DNA from: a virus
Taxonomy: Duplodnaviria > Heunggongvirae > Uroviricota > Caudoviricetes
DNA length: 38,146 nt
IMG/VR virus record: IMGVR_UViG_2695420714_000020
Strand: one strand, 5' to 3'
The position numbers were made by a program, and so were the translations under genes. Below are positions 35,527-38,146 of this stretch, piece after piece (the first letter of the stretch is position 1; every line of letters starts with the position of its first letter). Under the pieces are notes generated by a model. It saw only the letters and a program-made list of their open reading frames with translations, was not told the origin of the DNA and did not search any database.

Positions 35527-37212
35527 TTATCCTAATCCTGGCCATACCATGACGATGATTGTCCCTGCCAGCGTCAGCAGGACGTTGGCGATTGCGTAGG
35601 TGCCCGCATAGCCCAGCGCAGGGATGTTACTGCGAGCTGTATCACTGATGATCTCCATTGCCGGCGCGCAGGTGCGTGCGCCCATCATTGCGCCGAACAA
35701 CAGTGCGCGGTTCATTCGCAATACATAAGCACCGAACAAGAAACAGATAACCACGGGCACAAGACTGACAATTAATCCGGCAATCAACATCTGACCGCCA
35801 ATCGCGCCCAGGCCGTTATTAATACCGCTACCGGCGCTCAGACCAACGCCTGCCATAAACACCATCAAGCCGAACTCTTTCACCATGCTTAATGCACCTT
35901 GCGGAATGTAACCGAAGGTCGGGTGGTTAGCACGCATAAAGCCCAGCATAATTCCGGCGAATAACAACCCGGCAGCGTTCCCCATGCCGAAACTGAATGT
36001 GCTGAACTGGAAGGTGATCATCCCGATCATCAGCCCAATAACAAAGAAGGCGCAAAATGCCAGCAGGTCAGTGACCTGGCTGTGAATCGAGATAAAGCCG
36101 ATGCGATCGGCGATGGTTTTTACGCGACGGGCATCACCGCTGACTTGTAAAACGTCACCTTTGTTAAGCACGACGTTGTCATCTATCGGCATCTCAATCT
36201 GGCTACGAATGACGCGGTTAAGGAAGCAACCGTGATCGGTCAACTTCAGTTGTGCGAGACGTTTACCTACAGCGTTATGGTTTTTAACGACCACTTCTTC
36301 AGTGACGATACGCATGTCGAGAAGGTCACGATCGAAAACTTCTTTACCGTTACGGAAGCTGGGATCGAGTCGGGCATGGGCGTCGGGATAGCCTACCAAC
36401 GCTATTTCATCGCCCATTTGTAGCACGGCATCACCGTCTGGATTTGCCAGAATCCCGTTACGTCGAATACGTTCAATGTAGCAGCCGGTTTGTCGATAAA
36501 TACCCAGTTCACGCAGATTTTTGCCGTCGGTCCAGGCCACCAGCTCCGGGCCGACGCGATAGGCGCGGATCACCGGTAAATAAACCTTACGGTTGGCATC
36601 AGTGTCCAGGCCACGTTCGCGGGCGATTTGCTGGGCGCTGGTCTGTAAGTCCTGATGCTGCAATTTCGGCAAGTAACGCGCACCAACAATCAAACTCACC
36701 AGACCGATTAAATAGGTTAAGGCATATCCGAGGCTCAGATTATCCAGTGCCAGTGAGAGCTGCCTGCTTTCCATACCGGAATGACGCAGTGTATCGCCAG
36801 CACCGACCAGAACCGGTGTCGACGTCATAGAGCCTGCTAACATACCGGCCGTCAGGCCAATATCCCAGCCAAACAGCTTACCTAACCCTAAGGCGATCAC
36901 CAGCGCACTGCCAACCATCACCAGTGCTAACATTAGGTAATTTTTCCCATCGCGAAAAAAAATGGAAAAAAAGTTCGGTCCGGCTTCGACCCCGACGCAG
37001 AAAATAAACAGCATAAAGCCAAGATTAAGCGCATCGGTGTTAATGCTGAAATGTTGTTGGCCTAATAACAGCGATACGACTAAAACGCCAATGGAATTAC
37101 CCAGTTGGATCGAACCAAGTCGTAACTTTCCGAGACATAGCCCAAGCGCGAGGACCACAAATAATAACAGAATGTAATTCCCATTTAACAATTCGGCGAC
37201 GTTTATATTCAC
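35527..37212 (-). CDS. ybjL: Putative transport protein YbjL (two TrkA-C domains, aspartate:alanine exchanger-like)
   Basis: 561-aa polytopic membrane protein with central soluble region; recognised as E. coli YbjL by length and sequence. Confidence 0.85.
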
Positions 37213-37481
37213 GGAGGCTAACTTCTTGTTTACTAGTAAGCTGTTGAAAGAAATGGTAATTTACGATAATGTTTTTTACCAGAATTCAGGGCGCAGATTC
37301 ATTCAGCGCACCTAAACGATAGTAAAGTAACAATATATTTTACTAGTGTAATCACATTAGGTATCAACGGCTATATGAATTGCGTTGGCCTATATTAGCA
37401 TGGAATGCGAAGCGGCTTTATCTTACTGAACGCCACACTGGCGAAAAATGTGTTCGATAGACGCAGTGTCAGGAGGAACGA

Positions 37482-37859
37482 GTGAAACATAAACAACGTT
37501 GGGCGGGGGCAATCTGCTGTTTTGTCCTCTTCATTGTGGTGTGCCTTTTTCTGGCGACGCACATGAAAGGCGCTTTTCGGGCTGCCGGGCATCCTGAAAT
37601 CGGCTTGCTGTTTTTCATTCTTCCTGGAGCAGTTGCCAGTTTCTTTTCACAGCGTAGAGAAGTCCTGAAACCTCTATTTGGCGCAATGCTGGCGGCACCC
37701 TGTTCAATGCTTATTATGCGGCTGTTTTTTTCACCGACCCGCTCATTCTGGCAAGAGCTGGCATGGTTACTAAGCGCGGTGTTCTGGTGTGCGCTGGGGG
37801 CACTGTGTTTCTTATTTATCAGTAGTTTGTTTAAACCACAGCACAGAAAAAATCAGTAA
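37482..37859 (+). CDS. ybjM: Inner membrane protein YbjM
   Basis: 125 aa, four hydrophobic helices; position between ybjL and grxA as in E. coli. Confidence 0.8.
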   Translation: MKHKQRWAGAICCFVLFIVVCLFLATHMKGAFRAAGHPEIGLLFFILPGAVASFFSQRREVLKPLFGAMLAAPCSMLIMRLFFSPTRSFWQELAWLLSAVFWCALGALCFLFISSLFKPQHRKNQ

Positions 37860-37878
37860 AGCCCTCAACGCGAGGGCT
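37860..37878. terminator. Hairpin between convergent ybjM and grxA (AGCCCTC-AACGC-GAGGGCT)
   Basis: 7-bp GC-rich stem directly after the ybjM stop and 10 bp before the grxA stop; likely bidirectional terminator. Confidence 0.5.
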
Positions 37879-37888
37879 TGTCAGACGA

Positions 37889-38146
37889 TCAGGCGTCCAG
37901 ATTTTCTTTCACCCATGCAGCAAAATCGGTATAGCCGCCGATATGTTGCTGATCGACAAAAATCTGCGGCACGGTTTCTACGGGTTTACCTGCCTTTTGT
38001 TGTAGATCTTCTTTAGTGATCCCTTCCGCACGAATATCTACATACTGATACTGAAAATCATCGCGTTCATTGCTCAATTTCTCAGCCAGATCTTTTGCAC
38101 GCACACAGTAAGGGCAACCCGGACGACCAAAAATAACGGTTTGCAT
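37889..38146 (-). CDS. grxA: Glutaredoxin 1
   Basis: 85 aa, MQTVIFGRPGCPYCVRAK with CPYC active site; start codon at the window edge. Confidence 0.92.
   Translation of the reverse strand: MQTVIFGRPGCPYCVRAKDLAEKLSNERDDFQYQYVDIRAEGITKEDLQQKAGKPVETVPQIFVDQQHIGGYTDFAAWVKENLDA

Noticed and set aside
1-38146. CRISPR arrays, retron (reverse transcriptase plus ncRNA), transposase or IS elements
   Set aside because: No array of short regularly spaced direct repeats, no reverse transcriptase-like ORF, and no transposase-like ORF with terminal inverted repeats. The only tandem repeats are the in-frame tail fiber units and the (TGGC)4 tract.

Overview
The window is almost entirely one complete P2/186-like (Peduovirus-type) myovirus prophage of about 35.3 kb, bounded by a 22-bp imperfect direct repeat (19..40 and 35292..35313) and followed by enterobacterial host genes ybjL, ybjM and grxA. 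All calls come from reading the sequence and ORF translations by eye; no searches were run. Left to right: tyrosine integrase, a 186-type CI repressor with Apl/CII-like early genes, a TraR/DksA-like zinc finger, a Dam-type adenine methylase translationally coupled to an unknown 276-aa protein and the gpA replication protein, then a LexA-boxed Tum/DinI-like SOS module. An AT-rich accessory region (8.7-13.9 kb) follows, holding an orphan 288-aa gene, a convergent 217-aa gene with an RNxxxH (HEPN-like) motif, a cos-like site, and an ABC-ATPase + HNH-nuclease operon. The rest is a syntenic P2 late cluster (Q, P, O, N, M, L, X, holin, endolysin, LysABC, R, S, V, W, J, I, H, G, FI, FII, E/E', T, U, D, ogr), interrupted by one AT-rich opposite-strand moron between S and V. 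The best candidates for an undescribed system are the ATPase-HNH pair (Septu-like but with an atypical ~215-aa N-terminal domain), the HEPN-like and orphan cargo genes, the S/V moron, and the Dam-coupled 276-aa protein. The tape measure gene is split by a frameshift at a (TGGC)4 repeat.
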